Below are positions 44,908 through 55,200 of a stretch of DNA of 64,000 nucleotides, in pieces. The DNA comes from an uncultured Rikenellaceae bacterium (lineage in GTDB: Bacteria; Bacteroidota; Bacteroidia; Bacteroidales; VadinHA17). Where the stretch lies: contig CAZWUB010000001.1 of NCBI GenBank assembly GCA_964637415.1, positions 566 through 64,565 of the forward strand, in the 5' to 3' direction. Position 1 is the first letter of the stretch, and each line of letters opens with the position of its first letter. The position numbers and the translations under genes were made by a program. Below the pieces are notes generated by a model that ran no database searches, was not told the origin of the DNA, and saw only the letters and a list, made by a program, of their open reading frames with translations.

Positions 44908-46033
44908 CCGGGCATTAAATTCTTTGAAGCGGTACCTGCGCTTAATCGCGGTTTGTTTCGTGTTGCTTGCCGGTATTTATATAAATGCTTTTTCACAGAT
45001 CCGCGATTATCTTCACGTCCCTGTTAATCACCCTGCTTTTTCAATGTTTCTCCAGGAAAAGAATATTACAATAACAGGTGTGGGAGATATTATGTTCGGA
45101 ACAGCTTTCCCTTCAAAACGGCTTCTTCCGCGCCATGATAATCCACTTATTTTACTGGGTGATCTGGCAGATACTCTTGCCTCCTCAGATATTACTTTCG
45201 GAAACCTCGAAGGATCATTTCTGAATGAGGGTGAACCTGCAAAAAGATGCAGGGATACTACAATCTGCTATCTTTTCAGAATGCCGGAAAAATATGCAGG
45301 TGCCCTTTCTGTTGCAGGATTTGATATTTTAAGCATCGCCAATAACCATTTCGGCGATTTCGGAATGCCGGCCCGCAGAAGAACAATGCAACTGCTCGAC
45401 TCCCTGGGAATAGAATATGCCGGACTGATAGAAAAACCATATTCAATATTTTCCAGAGGATCCCTTGTTTATGGCTTTTGCGCTTTCGCTCCGAATGCCG
45501 GTACTGTAAGTATAATCAATATCCCTGAAGCGGAATCCCTTGTGAGATTCCTCGCTGATACCTGTGATATTGTTATTGTATCTTTTCATGGCGGCGCTGA
45601 AGGCGCTGAATACCAGCATGTGACGCGAACAGATGAGCTGTCCTTCGGCGAAAATCGCGGAAATGTTTATAATTTTTCCCACAGGATGATTGATGCCGGA
45701 GCCGATGTTGTTTTCGGTCATGGCCCCCATGTTACAAGAGCAATTGAAGTTTATAAGGGACGATTTATCGGATACAGCCTGGGTAACTTCTGTACTTACG
45801 GGAAATTTAACCTGTCGGGACCGAACGGGATTGCACCGGTAATTAAACTGAATGTTGATCCCCGGGGGAAATTCCTTACCGGAAGGATCATTCCCGTATA
45901 TCAGATCTATTACGGAGGAGTGAAGACAGATCCCGAAAAACGGGTAATTAAAAAGATAAGGGAACTCACAGAACAGGATTTCCCCGAATCAATAATTGAT
46001 ATTTCTGAAAATGGTGAAATTTCATACAAATAA
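44900..46033 (+). CDS. CapA/PGA_cap-family metallophosphatase-like protein
   Basis: GDIMFG ... FGNLE ... SIANNHFGDFG ... VSFHGGAEG ... GHGPHV. TTG start overlapping the upstream gene by 8 nt. Confidence 0.75.
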   Translation: MINRALNSLKRYLRLIAVCFVLLAGIYINAFSQIRDYLHVPVNHPAFSMFLQEKNITITGVGDIMFGTAFPSKRLLPRHDNPLILLGDLADTLASSDITFGNLEGSFLNEGEPAKRCRDTTICYLFRMPEKYAGALSVAGFDILSIANNHFGDFGMPARRRTMQLLDSLGIEYAGLIEKPYSIFSRGSLVYGFCAFAPNAGTVSIINIPEAESLVRFLADTCDIVIVSFHGGAEGAEYQHVTRTDELSFGENRGNVYNFSHRMIDAGADVVFGHGPHVTRAIEVYKGRFIGYSLGNFCTYGKFNLSGPNGIAPVIKLNVDPRGKFLTGRIIPVYQIYYGGVKTDPEKRVIKKIRELTEQDFPESIIDISENGEISYK

Positions 46034-46038
46034 CAGCC

Positions 46039-46374
46039 ATGCCATATAAGGAACAAAGTGTTGAGAAGCTCTATTTTTCAATAGGCGAAGTATCTGAAAT
46101 GCTTAATGTGCCGGTATCTACTGTCAGATTCTGGGAAAATGAGTTCGATGTGCTTAAACCGATGAAGAATAAGAAAGGTAACAGGATGTTCACATCGGGT
46201 GATATAAAAAATCTGAAGATCATTCACAGACTCCTGAAAGAGGAAGGTATGACCCTTCAGGGTGCAAAGAAAAAGCTGACAGGCCGCTGGGATGAGGCTG
46301 AATATAAGTATGAGATAACCGAATCGCTTCAGAAAATAAAAGAGCTGCTGATCGATCTGAGAAATAATATCTGA
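46039..46374 (+). CDS. MerR-family transcriptional regulator
   Basis: YFSIGEVSEMLNVPVSTVRFWENEFD is a typical MerR HTH. Confidence 0.85.
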   Translation: MPYKEQSVEKLYFSIGEVSEMLNVPVSTVRFWENEFDVLKPMKNKKGNRMFTSGDIKNLKIIHRLLKEEGMTLQGAKKKLTGRWDEAEYKYEITESLQKIKELLIDLRNNI

Positions 46375-46380
46375 AACAAT

Positions 46381-46483
46381 CTCTGTGAACCTCTGTGTAT
46401 CCTCTGTGGAACTCTGTGTAATAAAAAGAATTATAAGAACTTTCACAGAGTTACACAGAGGTTTCACAGAGTTACACAGAGGG
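46381..46483. repeat. Palindromic 4+4 array of CTCTGTG / CACAGAG units with 10-11 nt phasing
   Basis: ctctgtg at 46381, 46391, 46402 and 46412. cacagag at 46444, 46454, 46465 and 46475. The centre is A/T-rich. It lies directly after the MerR gene stop. Confidence 0.9.
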
Positions 46484-46490
46484 GAATAAT

Positions 46491-47585
46491 ATGAAGCTAA
46501 GAGAACTTACTGACTTTCTGGATTCTGCGATACCATTATCGTTCCAGGAAAACTATGACAATTCGGGTATTCAGTATGGACAGCCGGATATGGACATCAG
46601 TTCGGCCCTGCTTACCCTCGATGTGACGGAAGAAGTGATCAATGAAGCAACATGTACCGGCTGCGACATAATTGTTTCTCATCACCCTGTAATCTTCAAA
46701 CCGCTGTCAAAATTAACAGGGAGAACGCCTTCCGAAAGGATCATTCTCAAGGCAGTAAAGCAGAACATTGCAATCTATTCCGCTCACACAAATCTCGATG
46801 TGATTGAGAGCGGAGTAAGCCGCAGGATGGCCGGGAAGCTCAGCCTGGATGATATTAAGGTTCTTTCTCCTCTCAGGAACAGGCTTCTGAAGCTTGTAAC
46901 ATTTGTTCCCGGTGATCATCTTGATAAAGTGAGGCAGGCAGTTTTCGATGCCGGGGCAGGGGTAACCGGTAATTATGATAAATGTGGATTTACAACAGAC
47001 GGTACAGGCAGCTTCAGGGGAAATGAAAGCTCAAGCCCCTTTGTGGGAGAGAAAGGGAAGATACATTATGAAAGGGAGATCAGGTTTGAGACTGTTCTTT
47101 ATTCTCATCTTAAATCAGAGGTCATCAGGGCTCTGCTTGGTTCACATCCATATGAAGAGGTGGCCTATGATCTCTATCCCCTCGAAAATAAAAATATAGG
47201 AGCAGGAACCGGCTGTACAGGCGTGCTCAGAGAACCTTTGAAAGAGAAAGATTTCCTTGATCTGTTATCATCAGTTTTCGGTTGCAGGGGGATCAGACAT
47301 TCCGTGCTCACCGGGCGTATTATAAAAAAAGTGGCACTCTGCGGAGGTTCCGGCGGATCACTTACTGACGATGCAATAGCCCTGGGTGCAGATGCCTATG
47401 TAACAGCTGATATAAAATATCATACATTTCTCGATGCGGGAAACAGGATACTTCTGGCAGATATCGGACATTATGAGAGTGAAAAATTTTCTGCAGAGAT
47501 ATTGTACGATCTAATTATCAAAAAATTCCCTAAATTTGCACTCCGGTTTTCAGAGATAAATACGAATCCGATAAATTACTTATAA
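46491..47585 (+). CDS. Nif3-like dinuclear metal centre protein (GTP cyclohydrolase 1 type 2 family)
   Basis: 364 aa. SHHPVIF, AIYSAHTNLD and the C-terminal GHYESE motif. Confidence 0.85.
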   Translation: MKLRELTDFLDSAIPLSFQENYDNSGIQYGQPDMDISSALLTLDVTEEVINEATCTGCDIIVSHHPVIFKPLSKLTGRTPSERIILKAVKQNIAIYSAHTNLDVIESGVSRRMAGKLSLDDIKVLSPLRNRLLKLVTFVPGDHLDKVRQAVFDAGAGVTGNYDKCGFTTDGTGSFRGNESSSPFVGEKGKIHYEREIRFETVLYSHLKSEVIRALLGSHPYEEVAYDLYPLENKNIGAGTGCTGVLREPLKEKDFLDLLSSVFGCRGIRHSVLTGRIIKKVALCGGSGGSLTDDAIALGADAYVTADIKYHTFLDAGNRILLADIGHYESEKFSAEILYDLIIKKFPKFALRFSEINTNPINYL

Positions 47586-47589
47586 TAAT

Positions 47590-48354
47590 ATGGAAAAAGC
47601 AAAAACACATGAAACAGAGGTTTCCGTGGAGGAGAGATTACGTGCTTTATACAGCCTGCAGCTGGTTGATTCAGAGATTGATAAAATCAGAACTCTAAGA
47701 GGTGAGCTGCCTCTCGAAGTCCAGGATCTGGAGGATGAAATAGCCGGTCTGGAAACAAGACTTGGCAATCTGAGGGAAGAGGTTGTAGCCCTTGATAAAT
47801 CGGTGAGTAAAAAGAATCTTGAGATAAGTGAAGCTGAAGCTCTGATAAAAAAATATGAAGAACAGCAAAAAAACGTCAGAAACAACCGTGAGTTCGATTC
47901 ACTGTCAAAGGAAATTGAATTTCAGAATCTCGAAATAGAACTTTTCAATAAAAAGATAAGGGAGTTCAATGTCCAGATTGAGGATAAGAAACTTGTGATA
48001 GCTGATTCCGAAGCTATTCTGGCAGAAAGGAAAACTGATCTGGAAAACAAACGTGCTGAACTCGACGAGATCATCTCGGATACCCAGAAGGAAGAGGAAG
48101 GTCTTTTTAAAAAACTCGAAGAAGTGCAGGATGTTATCGAGGAGCGTTTGCTGACTGCTTATAAGCGTATCCGTTCAAACGCAAGGAACGGACTTGCTGT
48201 GGTCCCGGTACAGCGTGATGCCTGCGGAGGTTGTTTTAACCAGATCCCGCCACAGAGACAGCTCGATATCAAATCGAGAAAGAAAATTATTGTCTGCGAA
48301 TATTGTGGTCGCATCCTTGTGGATGATGAAATTATAAACGAGGGTAAAATATAA
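47590..48354 (+). CDS. Coiled-coil protein with a C4 zinc ribbon (COG1579/DUF164-like)
   Basis: Long coiled coil followed by CGGCFNQIPPQ ... CEYCGRIL. It is typically found next to Nif3. Confidence 0.75.
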   Translation: MEKAKTHETEVSVEERLRALYSLQLVDSEIDKIRTLRGELPLEVQDLEDEIAGLETRLGNLREEVVALDKSVSKKNLEISEAEALIKKYEEQQKNVRNNREFDSLSKEIEFQNLEIELFNKKIREFNVQIEDKKLVIADSEAILAERKTDLENKRAELDEIISDTQKEEEGLFKKLEEVQDVIEERLLTAYKRIRSNARNGLAVVPVQRDACGGCFNQIPPQRQLDIKSRKKIIVCEYCGRILVDDEIINEGKI

Positions 48355-48374
48355 AAATCACCCTGACATTATAC

Positions 48375-48411
48375 AGCCGCCACAGCAAATCCTGTGACGG
48401 CTTTCTTTTTT
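48375..48411 (+). terminator. Rho-independent terminator
   Basis: agccgccacag-caaatc-ctgtgacggct (one mismatch) followed by ttctttttt. Confidence 0.6.
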
Positions 48412-48425
48412 ATATTATGTCTTTG

Positions 48426-48473
48426 ATCTACGTATTATAATACGTATTAAAAAACGTATTATAATACGTAGAT
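48426..48473. promoter_or_regulatory. Twin 16-bp palindromes ACGTATTATAATACGT upstream of hutU; candidate operator
   Basis: Identical self-complementary 16-mers at 48430-48445 and 48454-48469. The whole 48-nt segment is also one perfect inverted repeat (atctacgtattataatacgt / acgtattataatacgtagat). Confidence 0.5.
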
Positions 48474-48522
48474 GTTGTTTAGAATGAATTCGTTAAATTT
48501 ACAACACTAAAAATCAGTTGTC

Positions 48523-50532
48523 ATGAACGATGATATATTCATAAAATCTGTTTCGGAAGGCATCCCCCGGGAATTGCCTCCGGTCAGGCAATATGATAAT
48601 AATGTAAATCATGCCCCGAAAAGGAAGGATATTCTTACACAGGAAGAAAAAAAGCTTGCTTTACGGAACGCCCTGAGATATTTTCCTGAAAAGTACCATT
48701 CAGTTCTGGCACGTGAATTTGCAGATGAATTATCAGATTACGGAAGGATCTATATGTACAGGTTCCGACCCGGTTACGAAATAAAAGCCCGCCCCATCAG
48801 TGACATTCCCCACAGATCGACAGGTGCTGCTGCAATAATGATGATGATACTTAATAATCTTGATCCCGCTGTTGCCCAGCATCCACATGAGCTGATAACA
48901 TACGGAGGGAACGGCGCCGTATTCCAGAACTGGGCCCAATACCTTCTGACAATGAAATACCTGTCGGAGATGACAGATGACCAGACACTTGTAATGTATT
49001 CCGGTCATCCCCTCGGATTATTTCCATCGCATGCCGGTGCTCCGAGGGTAGTAGTCACAAACGGAATGGTGATCCCGAATTATTCTTCTCACGATCACTG
49101 GGAGAAATTCAATGCACTGGGGGTTTCGCAATATGGCCAGATGACGGCTGGTTCATATATGTATATCGGGCCTCAGGGAATTGTTCACGGCACTACCATC
49201 ACAATTCTCAATGCAGGCAGGATGATCGCCAGGAAAGGGGAGAATCTGAATGGAAAGCTATTTGTTTCTTCAGGGCTGGGGGGAATGTCGGGCGCTCAGA
49301 CAAAAGCGGCATCAATAGCCGGAGTAATTTCTGTGATCGCTGAAATAAATCCTAAAGCTATTGCAAAACGCCATGAACAGGGATGGGTCGATGAAGTAAT
49401 TACAGATATTGAAGAACTTGTAAAAAGGGTCAGGGATCTGAAGAAAAGCGGGAAAGTTGTATCGGTCGGATATGAGGGTAATATAGTTGATGTATGGGAA
49501 CGGTTTGCTGATGAAGGTCTTAAGATAGATATCGGGTCAGATCAGACTTCGCTTCATAATCCCTGGTCAGGCGGATATTATCCTGCCGGTCTTACTTTCG
49601 GGGAATCGAAAATTATGATGGTCTCCGATCCTGACGAATTCAGGCACAGGGTACAGATGTCACTGATCAGACAGGTCAGGGCTATTAACAGGCATACTGC
49701 CGCAGGTACATATTTCTTCGATTATGGAAATGCTTTTCTGCTTGAAGCATCCCGCGCAGGTGCCGATATTCTCAAACCTGACGGCAGCTTCAGATATCCG
49801 TCATATGTCCAGGATATAATGGGACCGCTCTGCTTCGACTATGGATTCGGTCCGTTCCGGTGGGTGTGCTGTTCGAATGATCCCCGCGATCTTCAGCTCA
49901 CTGACTCTATTGCTGTTGAGATACTTATAGGCCTTATGAAGGATTCTCCGGCCGGGATACGTCAGCAGATGGCCGATAATATTCACTGGATAAGGGAAGC
50001 GGGAAAGAACCGGCTGGTAGTTGGTTCGCAGGCGCGGATACTTTATGCGGATGCTGCCGGACGGGTGGCTCTTGCAGATGCTTTCAACAAAGCTGTAGGC
50101 AAAGGAAAGATATCTGCCCCGGTTGTTATTGGCAGGGACCATCATGATGTGTCCGGTACCGACTCACCATTCAGGGAAACATCGGATATTTACGACGGCT
50201 CGCGATTTACGGCCGATATGGCGGTACAGAATGTGATAGGAGATTCATTCAGGGGTGCAACATGGGTTTCTATCCATAATGGTGGCGGGGTAGGATGGGG
50301 TGAAGTTATTAACGGCGGATTCGGTATGGTACTGGATGGTTCAGAGGATATATCCAGTAAGCTCAAAATGATGCTTCACTGGGATGTCAATAATGGTATT
50401 GCACGAAGAAGCTGGGCAAGGAACAAAGGGGCAATGGTTACTCTTAAAAGAGAAATGGAACGGACTCCTGGGCTTAAGGTTACAATTCCGCATATCGCTG
50501 ATGACAGCATAATTGATCAGGCATTCAGTTAA
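48523..50532 (+). CDS. hutU: Urocanate hydratase
   Basis: 669 aa. TYGGNGAVFQNW, GLGGMSGAQ and GRDHHDVSGTDSPFRETS are conserved urocanase blocks. Confidence 0.9.
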   Translation: MNDDIFIKSVSEGIPRELPPVRQYDNNVNHAPKRKDILTQEEKKLALRNALRYFPEKYHSVLAREFADELSDYGRIYMYRFRPGYEIKARPISDIPHRSTGAAAIMMMILNNLDPAVAQHPHELITYGGNGAVFQNWAQYLLTMKYLSEMTDDQTLVMYSGHPLGLFPSHAGAPRVVVTNGMVIPNYSSHDHWEKFNALGVSQYGQMTAGSYMYIGPQGIVHGTTITILNAGRMIARKGENLNGKLFVSSGLGGMSGAQTKAASIAGVISVIAEINPKAIAKRHEQGWVDEVITDIEELVKRVRDLKKSGKVVSVGYEGNIVDVWERFADEGLKIDIGSDQTSLHNPWSGGYYPAGLTFGESKIMMVSDPDEFRHRVQMSLIRQVRAINRHTAAGTYFFDYGNAFLLEASRAGADILKPDGSFRYPSYVQDIMGPLCFDYGFGPFRWVCCSNDPRDLQLTDSIAVEILIGLMKDSPAGIRQQMADNIHWIREAGKNRLVVGSQARILYADAAGRVALADAFNKAVGKGKISAPVVIGRDHHDVSGTDSPFRETSDIYDGSRFTADMAVQNVIGDSFRGATWVSIHNGGGVGWGEVINGGFGMVLDGSEDISSKLKMMLHWDVNNGIARRSWARNKGAMVTLKREMERTPGLKVTIPHIADDSIIDQAFS

Positions 50533-50557
50533 TGGAACAATCTGATTTTGATGGTTC

Positions 50558-51037
50558 TTAAAATTTTTCCAGTAATACAGAAGCCATCGCCACCGCTCCT
50601 TCTTCACGTCCGACAAAGCCCATCTTCTCTGTAGTTGTAGCTTTTACCGAAACATCTTCGGGCTTAATTCCCAGTATGGATGAGATAGTTGATCTCATTT
50701 CGGGTATATAAGGAGCTATTTTTGGTTTTTCGAGGCAAACGGTACTGTCGACATTGACAACAGAAAATCCTTTTTCCTTTATGATTTCGAGGGTTCTTTT
50801 AAGGAGAATTTTACTGTCGATATTTTTAAATTCCTGACTTGTATCGGGGAAGTGGTGTCCGATATCTCCGAGAGCTGCTGCACCGAGCATTGCATCGCAT
50901 ATTGCATGAAGCAGAACATCGCCGTCGGAATGTGCAACACAACCTTTAGCTGATGGAATGAGAATGCCCCCGAGCCATAAATTTAATCCTGTTTCGAGCC
51001 GGTGAAAATCAATACCCTGACCAATTCTCAGGTTCAT
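50558..51037 (-). CDS. ispF: 2-C-methyl-D-erythritol 2,4-cyclodiphosphate synthase
   Basis: RIGQGIDFHRL ... HSDGDVLLHAICDA ... DIGHHFPDT. Confidence 0.92.
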   Translation of the reverse strand: MNLRIGQGIDFHRLETGLNLWLGGILIPSAKGCVAHSDGDVLLHAICDAMLGAAALGDIGHHFPDTSQEFKNIDSKILLKRTLEIIKEKGFSVVNVDSTVCLEKPKIAPYIPEMRSTISSILGIKPEDVSVKATTTEKMGFVGREEGAVAMASVLLEKF

Positions 51038-52227
51038 AAGGGAGTGCTGCCCGTTTTTTTCACGGAATTGATATCAAAGGCAAGTGAAAAACGCAGTGTT
51101 CTTGCCAGAGGATGATTCTGTACAGTCGGCATAAGGTATGAAAAATCGACCGTGAATCCGCTCAGCCTGAATCCTGCTCCTGCTGTAAAATATTTACGGT
51201 TCCCTTTGGTCTCGTTCTCATGGAAATATCCTGCTCTTAATGCAAACTGGTTGTTGTACCAGTATTCAGTACCCACTGAAAGGGTAAATTCACGAAGTTC
51301 TTCCTTAAATCCCTCAGGTGCATCATAGAACGACTGGAATATAGCAAGCGGTACCGAAACGTTAGGATCTTTTCCGGCAATTATGCTGTCGGGGGTGCTG
51401 ATATCATAATATGGAGGTGTAGGGACCAGCAGCTTGTTTACATCGGCTGTGAGAGTTATCTTATTATATAAATCAAGGTTTATTGTTAGTGCCGTACCAA
51501 GCCGCATATTCATCGGGATGAAGTCGGAAGTCTGAGCATCCGAATAGCTCATCTTTGATCCTATATTTGAGAAATTCAGGCCAAAAGCCAGTTCGCTGTC
51601 TTTCGTGAAAAGTGTAATGTCATTAGAATGATAGAGGGAAATGTCGGCTGCTACCGAAAACCCCGGTTTCGTTGCCACACCTCCGGAATATGATCCTCCG
51701 GTCAGGTTGGAATATATCATTCTGAATGCTATGCCGCCCGAAAGGTTATCAGTGAATAATCTTGAATAACCCAGATCAAATGACCATTCATTCGGAGTGA
51801 ATGTTCTTTCGAGGTTGCCATAGATATCTGTAAAATCAACATCGCCAAGGGAAGAATACAGAAGGCTGCCGCTGAGGACCTGTTCTTCGTCGATCCTGTA
51901 ATAGCCCGACAGGTATGCAATATTTATATCAGGTACCAGGTTTCTAAGCCAGGGGGAATAGGATATTCCTACTCCGGCATTTCCATCGATAAATGCGAAT
52001 TTTGCCGGGTTCCAGTGCATGCTGTAAACATCGGGAGATGTTGCCACACCTGCATCACCCATAGCACCGGCCCTTGAGTCGGGAGCTATTGTGAGGAAGG
52101 GGACAACAGTCTGGATGGCGTTAAGCTCACCACTGCTATCCTGTCCATAAATTTTACCGGTGCCTGCAAGGGCAACCGTCATTAGAATCACTGCAATTAG
52201 TCTGTTTTTCATTCCGATACGTCTCAT
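51034..52227 (-). CDS. porV: T9SS outer-membrane shuttle/channel protein PorV (LptO)
   Basis: 397 aa. VVPFLTIAPDSRAGAMGDAGVA is the characteristic PorV/PorQ N-terminus, and the body looks like a beta-barrel. It lies directly downstream of porU. Confidence 0.8.
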   Translation of the reverse strand: MRRIGMKNRLIAVILMTVALAGTGKIYGQDSSGELNAIQTVVPFLTIAPDSRAGAMGDAGVATSPDVYSMHWNPAKFAFIDGNAGVGISYSPWLRNLVPDINIAYLSGYYRIDEEQVLSGSLLYSSLGDVDFTDIYGNLERTFTPNEWSFDLGYSRLFTDNLSGGIAFRMIYSNLTGGSYSGGVATKPGFSVAADISLYHSNDITLFTKDSELAFGLNFSNIGSKMSYSDAQTSDFIPMNMRLGTALTINLDLYNKITLTADVNKLLVPTPPYYDISTPDSIIAGKDPNVSVPLAIFQSFYDAPEGFKEELREFTLSVGTEYWYNNQFALRAGYFHENETKGNRKYFTAGAGFRLSGFTVDFSYLMPTVQNHPLARTLRFSLAFDINSVKKTGSTPL

Positions 52228-52279
52228 TCAAGAAAGTGTAAATATAAAACTAATTTTATTGCGAGATATTATCTCATTG

Positions 52280-55200
52280 TTATAAAATGATTATTCTGCC
52301 TGTCCCCTTAGCCTCTTCGCCATCTCTGGTTCTGACACTTATGGAGTATATATAAATGCCTCTTCCGGCTCTGCTGCCTCCCTCGGTTTTACAATCCCAG
52401 GTTATAGGAGTAAGCTGGTAACCTGCACTATATGTTTCTTCCTTAATTACCCTTACTATCCTTCCGCTCATATCGAGAATTGTGAGGATTATTTCAAACT
52501 CTTCATCCGGTCTGTTATGTCCGGCACTTATTCTCGTATCGCTTATAACGGGATTGGGATAGTTCATTACATTCTTCAGAATAAATTCTCCTTCCGGTTC
52601 AACAATGAACATTATTGACTGTTGGGAAGAATTATTGAAATTATCCCATGCCTTCAGTGTCAGTGAATGATTTCCTTCAGGAAGATCAGAAAGATCATAG
52701 GCTACTTTTCCGCTTGTGTAGCTGTTATGATCATTCACGAAATAATTGTTAAGTATAATTGAAGACCTGGGATCGTTATCAATATATGCAATCATATCGT
52801 GCCCGATACCGGCACCGGTTGTGTTTATTCCTCCCTCATCTGCAATAAGAGCCAGTATCCTTGGATTTGAATCAGTTATACCTCCGCTCCTGAAGAGGGT
52901 ATCATTAATGAAGAGCCGTATTTCAGGTCCTTTTTTGTCCGTTCCGGTGATGCTGGCGAATCCGCCGATAACTATTTCAGAATAATAACCGTTCATATCC
53001 TGATCGCTGCTGCTTGCATAGTAGCTTATCTTTCCCTGACCGAATGAGTAGTTGATATCTCTGGGAACAATGAATGTGAAGCTGAACCTGCCATTTGATG
53101 TATTTGTCTTTCCGCTGAAAAGAATATTACTTCTCAGCTCAAAGCTCATAGACAATCCGCCGTCGTTGGCCAGGGTTTTCACAGTTGATGCCTTATCGTA
53201 AACAACCGGGAATATTGTACCATCGAAATTGTTCATCAATGATCCGTTCCTGTCTTCGATATGTCCTGAGATCGTTATTGTTGACAGTGCTTTAAGGCTG
53301 TCGGTTTTACTTGAAACTGAAACATGGTTAACTGAATCGGTAACTATTTTCCCGTGCCAGGGATATGCAAGTCTTACAGCGGGATCGCCCAGAAGTGAGA
53401 AGTTTCTTTTGTTCGGGCCGTTTCCGGAGTTGTTTTTTGCTATTCTTATTATATCACCGAACGTCAGCGGATCTCCTGATTCATCGGTATCAAATGTCAC
53501 ATCAAAAATATTCCTGTTGAGATAATAATTAGGTGCAGAATATACAACGCGGGTGGTTGACATAAGTGCTATTCCTCCGCCGTTCTCATTCAGAAGTACC
53601 ATTTCGCCCGCCGAAGTTCTGGGGGTCATTGTCTTTGAGACTATATTCATATCTATATCGTCGAACCTGCTGAATTCACATGTTGCCGTTATGAAAAGGG
53701 GAAGTTTGTTCCCGTTCTTCCATCCGTTAATATCCTCGGTTTTTATGACTCTTTCGTGTGCAAGCCCGTTCTCATTGCCGTGGCCAACATAATTGAAAAT
53801 CAGACATCCCGAATTTATACGGCTGTTGACAGCTATTGTTGCATCGGGATATGTCTGGCCGTTGACCGATGTTTCCTGTCTGAATGCATCGAGATATATT
53901 TTATCAATATTATATTCGGGGACGCTATCCTGAAGAAGCAAAGACAGGCCTTCGGCATCAGCCATATGTGCGTTCCCGTCCTCGTCGTCGGCAAGTATGC
54001 TGATTGTATTTTTCCAGTCACCTGTATTGGAGGGTTCCATATAACCTTTGATCTTCCTTACAATTATTCCCGCCTGCGTGGTGTCGGATACAGGAAGACG
54101 GCCTATTCCGAGGTCTTCTGTCCCTTCGGCTTCTCCTTCTCCGTCTTCGAGCAGTCCATAGAAATCGTCAGATGTGAAGGATGAAACAATAATATTTGAA
54201 TTCTGTGACTGATATGTGGGTATGAAATTGGGATTGTCAGGCGGGAGTGTTTTGTTCTCATAAGATCCATCCCCGAACAGAAGCAGGTATTTCAGGGGTG
54301 TAGCTGTCCCCTTCTGTTTAAAATATTTCATTCTGAGGAAATTTCTGAGGGCTGCCACATCGGGTATTCCTCCCGAAAATTCATTGTAAATTTGCCGGGG
54401 AGTGACGATCTGGGTAACTAATCCGCTGTTGCTGAGATGAAGATCCGCGAGCTGTTCAGCATATTTAATGAACAGCGGATGAGTGATTATTACCATTTCT
54501 GCAGGAAGCGATGCATGGAGATCCTGGTTTCCGACTGAACCGGATTGCAGCAGGGGTTGCAGTGTATTTGATGAACTGAAAACAACGAAATTCCTCAGAG
54601 TATCGGTATGCGCCATGAAAACGAGATCTTCTCCGTTCCTCGAATATCGTATGTTCTCCGGATTTTCCGGATTGGTTATATCCCATATCGTGGGATCCTT
54701 ACCGGGGCTCTTGATCCTGAATTCGGTAATTTTTCCCGGGCCGGTGCTCCTGTAATCCGATATAAATTCAGTACTCCCGTTGTATGAACTGTGTTTTCGT
54801 GCATGCAGCTTCACATAATCGAGCCATCCCTTGGCACCGGCATCTGTCTGGTTTTTGAAGCCTGTCTTATAAACAGGTGCGGATGAAAGTGGTAAGATAG
54901 TTCCGGATGAATCGGTTATCTGGGCATATGTTCCGGTGTAATTATACATGTTAACATCCTGTACCTTAATTGTTTTCCGGAGAGTGGAAGCCTCATGGAA
55001 GTAAAAATCCGACACTGACGGTGCCCTGGCAAGCACTCTTATCCTGTATCTGACCGGCTCACCGGTAACAAGGTCACTGAAACCGGGATTTATCTGTATA
55101 TCAGCTATTGATGAGACGGGCTGGTACCATTCCCGGCCTGATTTAATAATATTTTCACTTTCAACTTCATGAATAAACAGGGCATCCGATTCTGATGAGT

